From NCBI GenBank assembly GCA_973851085.1, contig OZ316775.1:12028001-12092000 (forward strand): a stretch of 64,000 nucleotides of DNA. The letters are read 5' to 3'. Positions 1 through 13,269 of this stretch are shown piece by piece. Both the position numbers and the translations under genes were made by a program. Source of the stretch: Ptychomitrium polyphyllum. Taxonomy: Eukaryota. The notes under the pieces are model-generated. The model was not told the DNA's origin. It was given only the letters and a program-made list of their open reading frames with translations, and ran no database searches. Positions within the stretch are counted from its first letter, which is position 1; every line of letters starts with the position of its first letter.

Positions 1-3000
1 GTAGACATGTTGGTGTATTTTTTGCAAATTTTTTTTGATAGATATTTCCAAATTAGAACTTCAAAAGACCATTAAAACCATGTGGACATTGAAATTATTT
101 GTTGAATTTCCCAAACATAATCTCAATTACCTATTTCATGAACCAAGAGATTTTTTTTTTAAAAACTCAGAGAAAAATTTAAAAATCATTAGAACCTCAC
201 TTCTAAAGAATTTTGGTTGTGTATTTGTACTTTTGGAGTGAAAAAGGATTGTGTATGTGATGCATGGGGTCCAGCCTGCACATGGTGCTACAAAAGCAGC
301 ACTTGGAGAATTGCCCTTCCAGAAGGAGGGGTGGTGGTGGAGAGAGGAGGCCATGGGGTTGACTTGCCATACAAAAGAGAATGGTATGAGGCCTTCTTGT
401 TTTGGTCGTGTATTTTGAAGTTGGAGGTAAGTTTTTAGTACTTTTAAAAAACTTAATACATGGTGAAACACACTTACTCAATGGATAATTCTATAAAATT
501 CAATTTAATTTTGATCTTAAATCTATAAAAAAAATATGCAATCATTTTAGGCATATCAAAACGTTATTGCATAGTTTTGATAAAAATTGTTATTTTGAAC
601 TTTTAAAGCTTACTTCTTAACATGGTCTAAGCTATAATCTGCATATGGCATAGTATCTATGAAATGAGTTTATTATAATCTCATTATAAAATTTCTATGA
701 TATTAAAAAAATAATAATTTACAATTTGATTTTAAAAGCCTTGTACTTGAAAATTCATTGAAAATTTAAAGTGTCTTAAAATTCTAAAAGTTTCAAGGAA
801 AGTGCATTATATGTTGTAGATTCTACAAAGAAATTTCACTATAAAGTTGCTATCTTAAAAGATTTTATGGCTTATCAAGTGCTATTAAATGCTATATTTG
901 TTAAGGCTATAAATGACTTGGTCATTAAAAGAAAAAATTAATTATTTATACAAAATCAATTAATCCATACTACTAACACTTCATCAAAATAACTTGTTGG
1001 CTTTTGTGCATTGTAATGTATTTTAACATAGGCTTCATAATATTCCATTATAAAAAAATCATTATAAAAGAGGTAGAATTAAAGGCTTTTGTTATATATG
1101 CCAAATTTACATATCATGTTTTTAATAATCAATAGGTGATTCAAAAATTTGGAAATTTGATATAAAACAAAATTTGTTAAAAGAAAGATAATGGACTTTA
1201 ATGAAGATTTTTTTTGACAAGATTTTTTTTTAAAAACATCATAACATTTGTAAGGGTGGCAATGACCTCACTATGTAAAGATAATGCATTCAATATATGG
1301 TAAAAATAGTAAAGCCTATTTAATAACTATAATATGACATGTGCTACATCTAATACATATTCTTAAATTACTTGTAGATTTGATTAGATATTTTTGAAGG
1401 TCTAATATGGCTTGATATTTCTATGACATTCATGATATTGTAACATCTATAATAACTTTGATGATTGTAGAATAGTAAATTTCATTACATTCATGCAAAC
1501 TCATAATCTATTTTGAGCACAATTTCATGCTTCGAAAATTCTATACTTTGTCTATCAAAGCTGTATTGAAACTTTAAATTTTTTTAAAAGTTATTTGTAA
1601 ACAAGATCCTTTTCTTATCTAAAATATTAGCTATAATTTATTTCCTTTTTCACTCTATTTTAGTTTATGATTTGAGCATATATCTTAGTACAAAAAAGAT
1701 TCAACCACTTAATTGGAACTCACATTTAGTGCAAGAATTTAAGATCACTCACCCATTTTTTGAAGAAATCAGGATGAATGTACGAATAACTCTAATAAAT
1801 ACTTACATATTCAGCTACTGTAGTATTTCTCTCACCTGAATTATATGCATGATTCAGCGTTGAGTCTTCAAGAGCATGTCAGAATGACATTTCTGACATA
1901 CCAGTAGATGATGAATGAACTTGTTTAAATAGTCAAAAATTGCTGTATCCTATTGCAGAATTGCATGTGATATTTCATCTGTAGCAGAAAATCAATTTGC
2001 AAAAAGACTGTATGGCAGTGTTACTAAGCAATAGTCCAAGCCCGAAAAAATAACCAACAGACAGAGGAAGTACACAGCCCGCCTTCTCATCAATATGGCC
2101 TCTCTCTGTCTTTGTAGCCATCCTTTGACTGTAGAGCTTGAATTGCTCAACATTTTAATATTATAACTATACATGGAATAGCTATCATCATCAAAAGATT
2201 CCTGTTTCATAGAGTAAGGTGTTTTGATTGACTTCAAAAGATTTTTTCCTGAACCGAATTAATGAGGCATTAAAACATGCACATTCATCATTCACATAAA
2301 AAAAGCTTATTCAATTTCACATCTAGGAGAGGTTTGTGGAACAGTGTTAGGATTCACAACTTTGCTAAAGCTTGATAGATTTTTGTATAATCAAGGCTCA
2401 ACTCTTAGTTCTGGTTGTAAGTGCACCAAGCTCACTAAAAAGGCTGATGAAATTATTGTAGAAGATGATGGAATTCAGGTGAGTAATAGTATGTCTAGTG
2501 CTGCACCATCAACAGCTCGGTCCTTCAACCCATACTCTATGGCAGTACCCTCAATCAATACAAAGTTGTAAACTGAATACATTCTACACTCGATGAGTCA
2601 AGGACTGCAATCTCCTCATGATTCATGGGGTTTTCTCACATTTTATGGAGAAGTTGTTACAGTAGTCATCCTTCATAGGGTACGGTATTCTCACACCAAA
2701 TGGCTGGTCTGAGCAATACTTCAGCAGTTGAACTCTGTTTTGGAAAACCCTGAACATTGCAAATGTTAACTGGTGCCAACCTGTCGCACACTGGCCATTT
2801 TCAGTTGACTTTAAGTCAACAATAGTTTTATAAATTCAATCTTATTTCAAAAGTGTCAGCTTTGAAGTTAAATCTTCTTGACATGCTGATAAATTGTTTG
2901 AGTTATGCTTTGTTAAGTGAACCCTCACTGTCATAAGCAACCCAAAGTGGTTGCTCAGAAGTCAAACATAGCTGGTGTATATCTGAAAAAGTTATATCTG

Positions 3001-3093
3001 TAGAGAAGGTCTTAAACATGGCTCTTTATTAGGGAATATCCTTTTTACTTTTGTGAATTACTTATAGGTGTTTGTATGTAGTACAAAAAGAAA

Positions 3094-3803
3094 TCCTATA
3101 GTCCCAAATTGTTTATTTGCACTTATAAATTTGCTTTTATTTTTACATAAACTTATGTTACATACTATCACATTAAAAATGTATTGGAAGCTATACTTGT
3201 TTATACTTTAGCCTAACCAACAGAACAAAGAATTTTTAAGTTTAGCTCCATTCCAATTTAAAACTTGGAAAAATTCCTACAATTGAGTATTTGATGCAAT
3301 TACAAGTTGAGTACATATCATCATGATATGGTACATTCTAAATAAAAAAAGAAATGAATTTCATCCACCATAATGTATTTCAAACGTATGATGAAAAAAA
3401 AAAAGATTTTCAAATATTTTAGAAAAAACATAATTTTTTTCATGATTTTCAAAATACATACAACAATTCAAAATCTCACAAATTGATATAACAAGGTTAC
3501 AGCTTTTGGGTTCCACTGACTTTCATTTGCAAAAAAAATAAACAAACAAACAATGTCACTTATTTGTATGGAGAACATGAAGCATCTACATATAAAGGAT
3601 GAGGACATGTCTTGTTTTCTTATGTTTGTGATAATATCTTTAAATTTCCAAATTGCAAGACAAATGTCGGTGTCATTAATATTTTTGAAAAGCCTTCAAT
3701 AAGAACAGGTGCAAATTGATCATTTTACACTGTTTGAAATTACAGTATGGTAGATATAAAGTTCAAAGTTTTTAATTTGAACTAAAGGCACAGGGCACAC
3801 TAG
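3094..3803 (+). mobile_element. Candidate non-autonomous Helitron-like element (decayed)
   Basis: Starts A|TC (aaa|tcctatagtccc) and ends CTAG|T (ggcacagggcacactag|t), matching the Helitron terminal rule. The interior is AT-rich and CpG-poor, and CpG-containing sequence resumes right after the 3' end. The 5' head resembles 13654-13730. No intact subterminal hairpin is visible. Confidence 0.35.
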
Positions 3804-6800
3804 TTTCAAGGACTCCACGGCCATAGGCCCAGGGCTTTACAGATTAACGGCTGAGCTTATGAAGAAAAAGAGGAAGGCGTTGCTGGCAGCTGACAGTACT
3901 CCTTTGGGGTGAACCCAAGTATCCCGGGAGCCTGTCTGCAGCAGGACACACTTATGTGAAGTGAGATCAGAAATGAAGGAGGAGGATCCCCCTCTGCCTC
4001 GATCACCGCACGTCCCTGCCGCACCCAATTCCACAACTCAACACTACCGTAGGCAGAGTTGCCTCTGGTACGAACTTACATCCTGGCACAGTCCAGTCTT
4101 CCTTCTCTGTGCGTTTAACTTCTCAGGGCAAATGATGTCTGTGGTGTTTCTTAAGTGCAAAACTGCAAACTGAACCCTTCCTCCAACCCAGCAGGATAAT
4201 CTTTTGAGAGTACGTGTTATTTCTGTGAATGCGACATTCAATTTAATTTGATGTGGGAGGAGTCACGTCAGTTAATTAACTTACCTTAACAGGTCCTCTT
4301 TCTAGGCAGTGATGGTGATGAGCCTGCCCTGAACCCGAAATTAAGTTACTAGCCACTTGTATTTAGTGCATCTCCCCATGGGGTCAGGCGGCTCCAAGCT
4401 GATAATTTTTCTTTACTCCGTGTTACTGCTTTTACAGTGACAGGTTTAATTCTGAAACAAAAACATCATATTAAACAACTGGGAACACAAAGGAATAACT
4501 GTGTACTCTACCAGTGTCTCATCAGATGTAAGTTTACCTGGATACGAATTGACCGTATCTGAAGTGCATTTGGAAAAATAAAAAACAGAACCAAGAGCTT
4601 ATAAACAGGAATTTCCATTGTGTAGGGAGTGAAGACTATCTCCAGGGATATACCAAACTGTCAAACAAGAATCTGTTTATACATGTGAAATTGGTGCTTG
4701 AAAATACTACCGTTAGAAGCACATTAAAAATCATACAAATTAGATATAAAGCCTTCTAGTTTTGGAAATTTAATGACAAAACTCTATTTTTTACAAGCAT
4801 GTCAATGTAGGTAGCTTGAAGAAAATCATCAAACTTTTGGAGTTGAGTTGATTTGACTTGACAAATATGAATGATTAGATGAGTCAAAAAACAAATCTAA
4901 AGATAAAAACATAATCTTTTATCAACAATAGATTTTTTTTTAAATCATTTTAATTACTTTTACTTTATAATCATCTATACCACCTATATAAACTAATGAC
5001 GGCGATTGTATTTATTATTATTTGAAATCATTTATTCAAATCTTAGATTTAATTATATATTTTCTTATTGCTTTTTGTATTAGATATACTAATATTATGT
5101 ATATTTAATTACCAACACATCTAAGATTTTTACTTCCATAAAACATTTTTCTTTAATATTAGTCATGTTTTATATTGCATTTTTCACAAATATGAAGATG
5201 CTCATGTGTCTTTGTCTTTTTATGGCTTGTTATTATGATAAACTTGTATTTTGTTTATTTTTAATCTTCTTTTTTAGGTTTTTGGGTTATCCAACCAATC
5301 TTCTATATATGATTTTTGATTTTCCACTTATACTCTTTAGATTTTAAAACAAAATTGCAATTTTCATTAGTAAATGAAATAGTCATATTTTTATTTGGGT
5401 ATGAGATTCTAGTCAATTAATTCATATGAAATTTTGTGAACACCTTATTAATGTCAATTAGTCATTACCTTCAATCAAAAAGGTCTTCTACCTTAACTAC
5501 CAAGAATCCTAATAAACGTCCTGAACACCCCATACCCATTGAAAAAAGAAGAACATGTTCTCTTTGAAGGTTGAGGGAGATGGTCTTGATGTTATAAAAA
5601 ATCAAGGATATAGGGACTCTGAAGGAATGAAACCCCTTTTATTAGTGAAATAAAAGGGGGTTGATTGATGTTGAGGTGCAGCCTGTAAACTCTAAATAAT
5701 ACCCATCTGGAATGAATTTCACAGCGTTCAAAGCCTCTGTGCTGGAGAGGGGGCAGCGTCCTTATCACGCTTGAGAGCAAGATAATTAATTATGGTCATA
5801 GTTAGACTTAGTGAGAGTTTTACATACTGGATTTGACTACAGCTCAGTTGACAAAACATAGCCTGTAGTGCAGAGGGAGCTAGCTACCTCACCACTAAAG
5901 CTTGGGCTAAAAACTCATGACGACCTCATGAATGCATTCTGCTAAAGGAGTAGCACCGTTATGGTTGCAGGAGCGGTGAGTGGAATCACTAATTTTCGAG
6001 CTTCACTAGATTCTCGTCTTCTCTCCAAGTCTCCCCACTAGCTGCAGTTTTTGTGTAAGTTTCATCTCTTCTGGTTAGTGTTAGCGTTGGAAAGACAGCT
6101 TGGCGGGTATCCGCTCAAGGCTCAAGAGTGTCCAAGCGTTATCTTAATTTACCAGGGGTAGGGTGCGTGGTATGACTACATTGCAGTGTGTTTTTAAGTT
6201 AGTTGATTCTGAGAGCCAAGTTGGCTGCGTTGTCACTGTTTAAAGAGCTGAAGCTTCGAAACGTAGAGGAGAGGTTCAGCAGGATAACCTGTGAGGTAAT
6301 GCTTGTGAAGGGAAGGGGCTGTTCTTTGAAGAGAACTTCGGTGTTCTATAGTGCAGCATTCTGGCAAAGGTGAGGGTTGTCCCTTTAGCAGAGTGCTGAG
6401 TTTCTTGGGGAAAGACTTGGTCGCTGCAGGTCATTAGTTGCTAGCTGATCAGAAACCGTGGAGTTCACTGTCATTGAGTGTGTTAGCTTCTTCATTTGCT
6501 ACATTGCATTGCATTTGTAGATAATCCAGGTTTGGAACGCTCAGAAAGTTGACGGCGATGCAGTGGAAAATGTGTTAAGTGCGGGTAGGAGTTGTAAGCT
6601 ATCTGCAGATATGCACAACATGCAGGCAGTGACTTCTTGTTGTTTTGATATTAAGGTGAATGCCTCGCTGTCTAATGGCAAGAAGCGATGTTAAGGAGTT
6701 CTCATTCCTAACAGCGAGGCCATAGCCAGGGAGATCAGCGCTCAGACAGTAAAGACAGGCTAATAATGATCCTTGCAGGGCGTAGAGGAAAGAGTACCCT

Positions 6801-7301
6801 ACCTCGTAGCAATACATGATCTCTCAAAATCTTTGATCTCGTAACCCAACCTGGTGCCGCTGTCGAGGAAGCTTTGGCACAACACCAAAGAGGTGGACGT
6901 ACAAAGCTAGCTCCGGCAATTTGCAACCGTGCGTATCTGTCAGTGTTTTTTGTCGAGCAAGGACCGTGAGCTTCAAGATAGCGACCCCACATCAACCCAC
7001 TTAGTATGGTTACCGATGTGTCATTCCAATGGTGGGGTCTTTGCAGCATCGTACCTGGCAGCCGAGTATCATAGGCTTGCTTGTGTCTTTTGCAGGAGGA
7101 GCGCAGAGCTCTGGCACCGAAGTTTGAAATCATTGCAGCCTCTTCTGTGGCCTACAAGATCAGTACTGTACCAGCTCCCAAGCAAACCCAAGCCTTTGCT
7201 GTTTTCAGTTCGCTACTGCACCTTAATGGGAGGTAATTGATGTAGCACCGTGGTATGGCTAGCATTCCTCAATCCCAAATTTGAGAATTCCGAGATTGAG
7301 T

Positions 7302-10300
7302 ATGCTTACACCAGGAGCTAGAATGGTGGAGGTAAAGAGATCACGGAATGGTTGGTCTCTTCTGTTTCTGTGTATGGTTGTGGTTACGCACGCCATAGAA
7401 ATGGTAGCGAGTGATCCACTTTCAGAGGAGGGCCTGGCGTTGCTGGCGGTAAAGTCCGGCTTGACGGATCCGCAGAACCACCTGGAGAGCTGGAAACTGA
7501 ACGGCACCGCAACTCCGTGTCTGTGGAGTGGCATTGCCTGCAATAATATGTCGTCTGTCGTGGGGCTGTACCTAGGCAACATGAACCTCACAGGGATATT
7601 ATCGGCCGATCTGGGTCGTCTCAAGAACTTAGTGAACCTCTCCCTGGAGCTCAACAATTTCACTGGATCAGTGCTGGGCGAGATTGCTGCACTTGTCAAG
7701 CTGCAGTATGTGAACATCTCCAACAACGATTTCACTGGTGTCTTCCCGAGCAACGTTTCCCAGCTTCAGTCACTGCAGGTATGGAGATGGCCATGGCCAT
7801 ATCTCCCTTTCCCCTGTTTCTGTACTTCCTTGCTATGGTCCTCTTCATCCAATTCTTTAACATGAGATTGTGATACTGGAAATGAAGGTGCTGGATTGCT
7901 TCAACAATAACTTCGGAGGGCCGCTTCCCGGAGACCTCTGGATTATTGCTACACTTGAGCATCTGAGCTTGGGAGGGAATTATTTCGAAGGAAGCATTCC
8001 TTCCCAATACGGATCCTTCCCAGCTCTCAGGTACTTGGGACTCAATGGAAACTCGCTTACAGGACCAATCCCACCCGAGCTTGGCAAACTCCAAGGTACT
8101 GAAATGTTCTTTGTCATCAACTGGTTTGAAAACGAACAAATCTGTCCAATGTCATCAAATTTGAAATCTTGCTTGCTTTGGTACTTCTCCAGCACTCGAA
8201 GAGCTATACATGGGCTACTTCAACAACTACAGCTCAGGAATCCCACCCACATTCGGAAACCTCACCAGCTTGGTTCGCCTCGACATGGGTCGCTGCGGCT
8301 TAACCGGCACCATTCCACCCGAGCTCGGCAATCTTGGCAACCTCGACACGCTGTTCCTGCAGCTGAACAACCTGGTGGGCGTCATCCCAGTTCAAATCGG
8401 CAATATCGTGAACCTCCAGTCGTTGGACCTCTCCTACAACAACCTCAGTGGAATCATTCCCCCAGCTCTTATCTACCTCCAGAAACTAGAGCTTCTGAGC
8501 TTAATGAGCAACAACTTCGAAGGCGGCATCCCCGACTTCATTGGAGACATGCCCAATCTGCAGGTAGGCATGTCTGTAAAATTATTCACCAAGTTTTGAT
8601 GTTCAATGAATTAGAGCTTTTTCAACAACGAAATACTCAAATTCACAATATGCTTGCTGCAGGTTCTGTATCTGTGGGCTAACAAGTTGACAGGGCCCAT
8701 ACCGGAGCAGTTAGGGCAAAACATGAACCTCACTCTTCTAGACCTTTCCTCGAATGCGCTAAATGGAACAATCCCCAACGACCTCTGTTTAGGGCAGAAG
8801 CTAGAATGGGTCATTCTGAAAGACAACCAGCTCACAGGACCGATTCCAGAGAATTTGGGAAACTGCATAAGCCTTTCTAAGCTGCGACTCAGTAACAACG
8901 CTCTCAATGGCTCCATTCCACTAGGTTTGCTCGGCCTGCCAAACATCTCGATGGTGGAGATTCAGATGAATCAAATCATGGGCCCGATTCCGTCCGAGAT
9001 AATCGACTCACCTCAGCTCAGCTACCTCGACATCTCCAACAACAACCTCTCCAGCAAGCTCCCGGAAAGCATCGGTAATCTCCCGAGCCTGCAGTCTTTC
9101 CTCATCGCCAACAACCACTTCGATGGCCCCATTCCGCCTCAGATCTGCGACATGCAAAGCCTCAACAAACTTGACTTAAGTGGAAACGAATTCATAGGTA
9201 CTCTGCCAGTTTGATAGTTCGATTACCATGTTTGCCTTCCATTTGGCCAAATGTTGATTCTTCATCTTTGTCAGCTTGACCTTTTAGTTGCCTTTTGCTG
9301 GACATTCAACAGGTACCATTCCGACGGAGATATCGAATTGTAAGAAGCTCGGATCGCTGGACTTCAGCCGAAATGGGTTAACTGGGGAGATCCCTTTCCA
9401 AATTGAGTACATCCCGGATCTCTTCTTCTTGAACCTGTCACATAATCAGCTGTCAGGACGCATTCCTCCTCAATTACCGATCCTGCAAACGCTCACCGTG
9501 TTCGACTTCTCTTACAACAACCTCTCTGGTCCTATACCTCATTTCGATTCCTACAATGTGTCTGCCTTTGAGGGCAATCCTTTTCTTTGCGGTGGCCTGT
9601 TACGGTCGTGTCCTCCCAACGAATCTGCTGCTGCAGGTCCTGGCGCGCATCATGGTAAACGAAGGGGAACCAACTTGTTGGCCTGGCTCGTAGGGGCATT
9701 GTTTTCCGCTGCATTGGTGGTGCTGCTTGTGGGCATGTGCTGCTTCTTCCGGAAGTACCGGTGGCATATTTGTAAGTATTTTAGGCGGGAGTCCACCACG
9801 AGGCCGTGGAAGCTCACTGCGTTCTCGCGCTTGGACCTCACAGCCTCACAGGTACAGTGCTCTGCCAAGACTCTGATGGCGTAGAAGAGGCGATGTTTAT
9901 TGATGTTCTCGATGATATGAACGCAATTTGTTGAAAGGAAGAAAAGTTATTCGGGTTGATGATGATTTGCAATTGTGATGGTCTCAATTGCAGGTGTTGG
10001 ACTGCTTGGACGAGGAGAATATAATTGGAAGAGGAGGGGCAGGAACTGTGTACAAAGGAGTGATGTCCACTGGGCAGATTGTGGCTGTGAAGCGGCTTGC
10101 AGGGGAGGGCAAGGGTGCTGCCCATGACCATGGATTTTCAGCTGAGATTCAAACACTTGGTAAAATTCGTCACAGAAACATCGTGCGACTCTTAGGTTGT
10201 TGCTCGAATCACGAGACGAATCTTCTGATATATGAGTATATGCCTAACGGAAGCCTTGGTGAGCTTCTGCATAGCAAGGAACGATCTGAGAAGCTGGACT

Positions 10301-11282
10301 GGGAAACGAGGTGTGTTTCTTCTCTCTTTTCCATATAAACACTATATATCTTAACCCTAGAACTTGTTCACGAGAATTCGGTTTTAACAGTATTGTGCAT
10401 TTACAAGCTCTGAAATATGTGACGTACAAATGGCAGGTACAACATTGCAGTGCAAGCAGCTCACGGCCTCTGCTATTTACACCATGATTGCTCCCCACTC
10501 ATTGTCCACCGTGATGTCAAATCCAACAACATACTACTCGATTCCACATTCCAGGCTCACGTTGCCGACTTTGGGCTTGCGAAACTGTTCCAAGATACCG
10601 GCAAGTCGGAGTCTATGTCATCCATAGCGGGCTCTTATGGCTACATTGCGCCTGGTACTTCTACGTCACACCCAAAATAGATGAAATTGTGATGATTCAT
10701 GGTTGCAGGATAAGTAATCAGTTGTAAGCATGGTGCATCATGATTGTTTGAGCAGAATATGCCTACACACTGAAGGTAAACGAGAAGAGCGACATCTACA
10801 GCTTCGGAGTGGTGCTCATGGAGCTTCTGACGGGGAAGAGACCCATTGAGACAGAGTTCGGCGATGGAGTTGACATCGTGCAATGGGTGCGCCGGAAGAT
10901 TCAGACCAAAGATGGAGTTCTGGACGTGCTGGACCCTAGAATGGGCGGGGTTGGCGTTCCTCTCCAAGTAAGGAATCAGCATCCTGCAAGCTATTTCCTA
11001 CCCAATTTCTTTCCATTTCTTTTTGTTTCGGAGATTTCCTATGTCTGTTGCTAGTTCACAGGAGAGGGATTGTTGGTGGGGTAGCAGGAGGTGATGCTGG
11101 TTCTCCGAGTAGCCCTCCTCTGTTCCAGCGACTTGCCTGTGGACAGACCAACGATGCGAGATGTAGTGCAAATGCTGTCAGACGTGAAGCCCAAAAGCAA
11201 AGGTGGCAGCCTGGCCGATTCTCGGGAACTAGCAGCCCCTGATGGGTTTAAGCCACAAGATCTGAGACTGGTGTGTGTATGA
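7302..11282 (+). CDS. CLV1: CLAVATA1/BAM-clade LRR receptor-like kinase (LRR-XI), ~1023 aa
   Basis: Exons 7302-7778, 7888-8095, 8193-8563, 8663-9197, 9313-9851, 9994-10310, 10437-10654, 10756-10967, 11088-11282; all GT-AG, 3072 nt, frame-consistent. Signal-peptide-like N-terminus, CLWSGIAC cap, many plant LRRs, and a TM helix ([21 protein letters not shown]). Kinase motifs [54 protein letters not shown] and [18 protein letters not shown] are typical of CLV1/BAM. The start could instead be the ATG at 7323. Confidence 0.9.
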
Positions 11283-11667
11283 ATGAGTTTTGATTCCAGC
11301 TTCTCAGGTGGCCGAGGCATCATGTGCCGATTGATTATGTTCACAGGTAAGCTTGCATTCCAATGATGCAACTCTGCACCTCCGGCCGAAGTGGTCGATG
11401 TTGTTAGGCTCCAAAACGAACAGTTGCAACTGTGCCATAGCAGATGTTACAGAACTGAAACTAAAGATACAGGGAGCATTTTGGGTTAGTTAGTCAATCG
11501 GAGGCTGGTTGAAAGAGGTATTTCTGGAGCTCGAACGAAGCGCCAGTGCGCTTTTTGATGTAGTGTTCATCTCGTAGTTAAGCAAGCAAATGTCAACATC
11601 TTATGCAAAACTAGGTAATAGACCGTCTCATTCTATATGAACAGAAGAGTTACACACCCAGTTGTCA

Positions 11668-11744
11668 TGTAAGTAAGTCACACAACATGCAAGATTCTCG
11701 TGTAAGCAAGTCACACAACATGCAAGATTCTCGTGTAAGCAAGT
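11668..11744. repeat. 33-bp tandem duplication (2.3 copies) with a dispersed partial copy at 12005-12029
   Basis: Unit tgtaag(c/t)aagtcacacaacatgcaagattctcg at 11668-11700 and 11701-11733, partial copy 11734-11744. Confidence 0.9.
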
Positions 11745-12831
11745 TGCTTATCAAGCACTTCAGATATCTCCAGTGCAACGAGATTGCACTGCTTTGATTG
11801 TTGCACAAGCTTATGATTTTAGTGATGGTTTCTAATATGTATCATTTCTATGCAATGTCAGAGTTTGTAGGTATCAATATAGTAAACCATACAATTGATA
11901 GGATTGCAAATATCCTTGAAAATTCCAGTCGTTCCCTGGCAAGACTACCCACAATTGAAACATCTCCACAATCGAAATATATCCGCAGTTGCTAATTACA
12001 GTTATCGTGTAAGCAAGTCACACAACATGTAAATTTGGTCGCAGTTCTAGTTGATTACCCAAATGCACTCCACATTCAAAATATCATGCTGATGGAACTT
12101 TGCAATAATGAAGACCGTCCTCCGCCTCAAGCTACATGAAAGGAAGTACAAATGAAAGCTCGGGTAAACTGGTAACCGACCCTCTCAGGGTTCCATAGCA
12201 ACTTCGAAAAGGAAATAAATCAGCTGGAGCCTGTTACAAGGCCCACGACTCAGACGCTAATCCATAATGAAAATCCAAAAACCAAAAACCAAACATTCTG
12301 CAGTATGCCAGAATTAGGGTTATCAGGAAACTGATAAATTCCAGCATGAACCCAAATGCAAGAGCAAATGCGAAGTGCATTCAAACCGGCACGATCATTC
12401 GCAGGATCATTCCCAACAGGCCGACATCAAAGTGTGAAAAAATGTCATGACTAGGAGGTAGAAATACAAAAATACAGACACTGAATTTATCTAATTGCCA
12501 TGTAATGGAGAGTTGGTGAGGTCTTTACACCATAATCTCAAGCAGGTAGGTGCGATCTACAAAAACAAAACTGGACTGAAAATTCGAGATAGAAACTTCA
12601 TACGGTTGGCTCAACCCCAGTCATGCATAAGCGTGACAAGTTTGCACTTCCACTCCATCTCTACCACCTTAACTCCTCACCTATTTGCATTCAGAGCGAG
12701 AGAACATTAAGCTACTGCACAATTAGCACTACTACTAACACAGACAACCGGTTCAGCAGAAGACCAGAATTAGGGCTTCCACCAGATATCCACCACTATC
12801 AGACTTAAGGGCAACAACCAACAAAATTCCA

Positions 12832-13269
12832 TCAAATCTTGTCGATGTCTTCGTCCTCGAATTCCACATAGTCGTCACCGCCACCATCCTCCTCGTCGTC
12901 CATGCCGCCGGCAATACCCTCATTGAGACGCACGTTCTCGGGGAGCTCACTGTACGCCTTTAACAGCCTCGCCTCGTCCGGCTGGTACTTGAGAATCACG
13001 TCAGCCTTATCATCCTGGTAATCTCTTAACCCCACCAAGATGATATCCCCGGACGCAATCCACACCTTCTTATGCATCTTCCCTCGAATATGGCACAGGC
13101 GCTTGGTGCCGTCGATACAGAGCGCCTCGCACCGCCCGTTCCCGAGCATCCTCAGCACCTGGGCATACTCCTGGCCGTCTTCCTTGAAGACAAGCTCCCG
13201 CTTCTCATCCTCCGCCTCGTTCTTCCCTCGCTTCCTGTTCTTCCCTCCCTTTCCTTTATTCTTCGGCAT
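12832..13269 (-). CDS. eIF1A: Eukaryotic translation initiation factor 1A, 145 aa, single coding exon
   Basis: [18 protein letters not shown]-terminus, OB-fold core ([17 protein letters not shown]...[15 protein letters not shown]), acidic tail ending FEDEDIDKI. Confidence 0.97.
   Translation of the reverse strand: MPKNKGKGGKNRKRGKNEAEDEKRELVFKEDGQEYAQVLRMLGNGRCEALCIDGTKRLCHIRGKMHKKVWIASGDIILVGLRDYQDDKADVILKYQPDEARLLKAYSELPENVRLNEGIAGGMDDEEDGGGDDYVEFEDEDIDKI

Noticed and set aside
3985..4070. Short inverted repeat (ctctgcct / aggcagag) suggesting a miRNA hairpin
   Set aside because: The stem is only 8 bp with no extended pairing.
11467..11478. Partial miR160 target-like word (atacagggagc) in the CLV1 3' region
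   Set aside because: Only about 11 nt match; plant miRNA targeting needs near-full complementarity.
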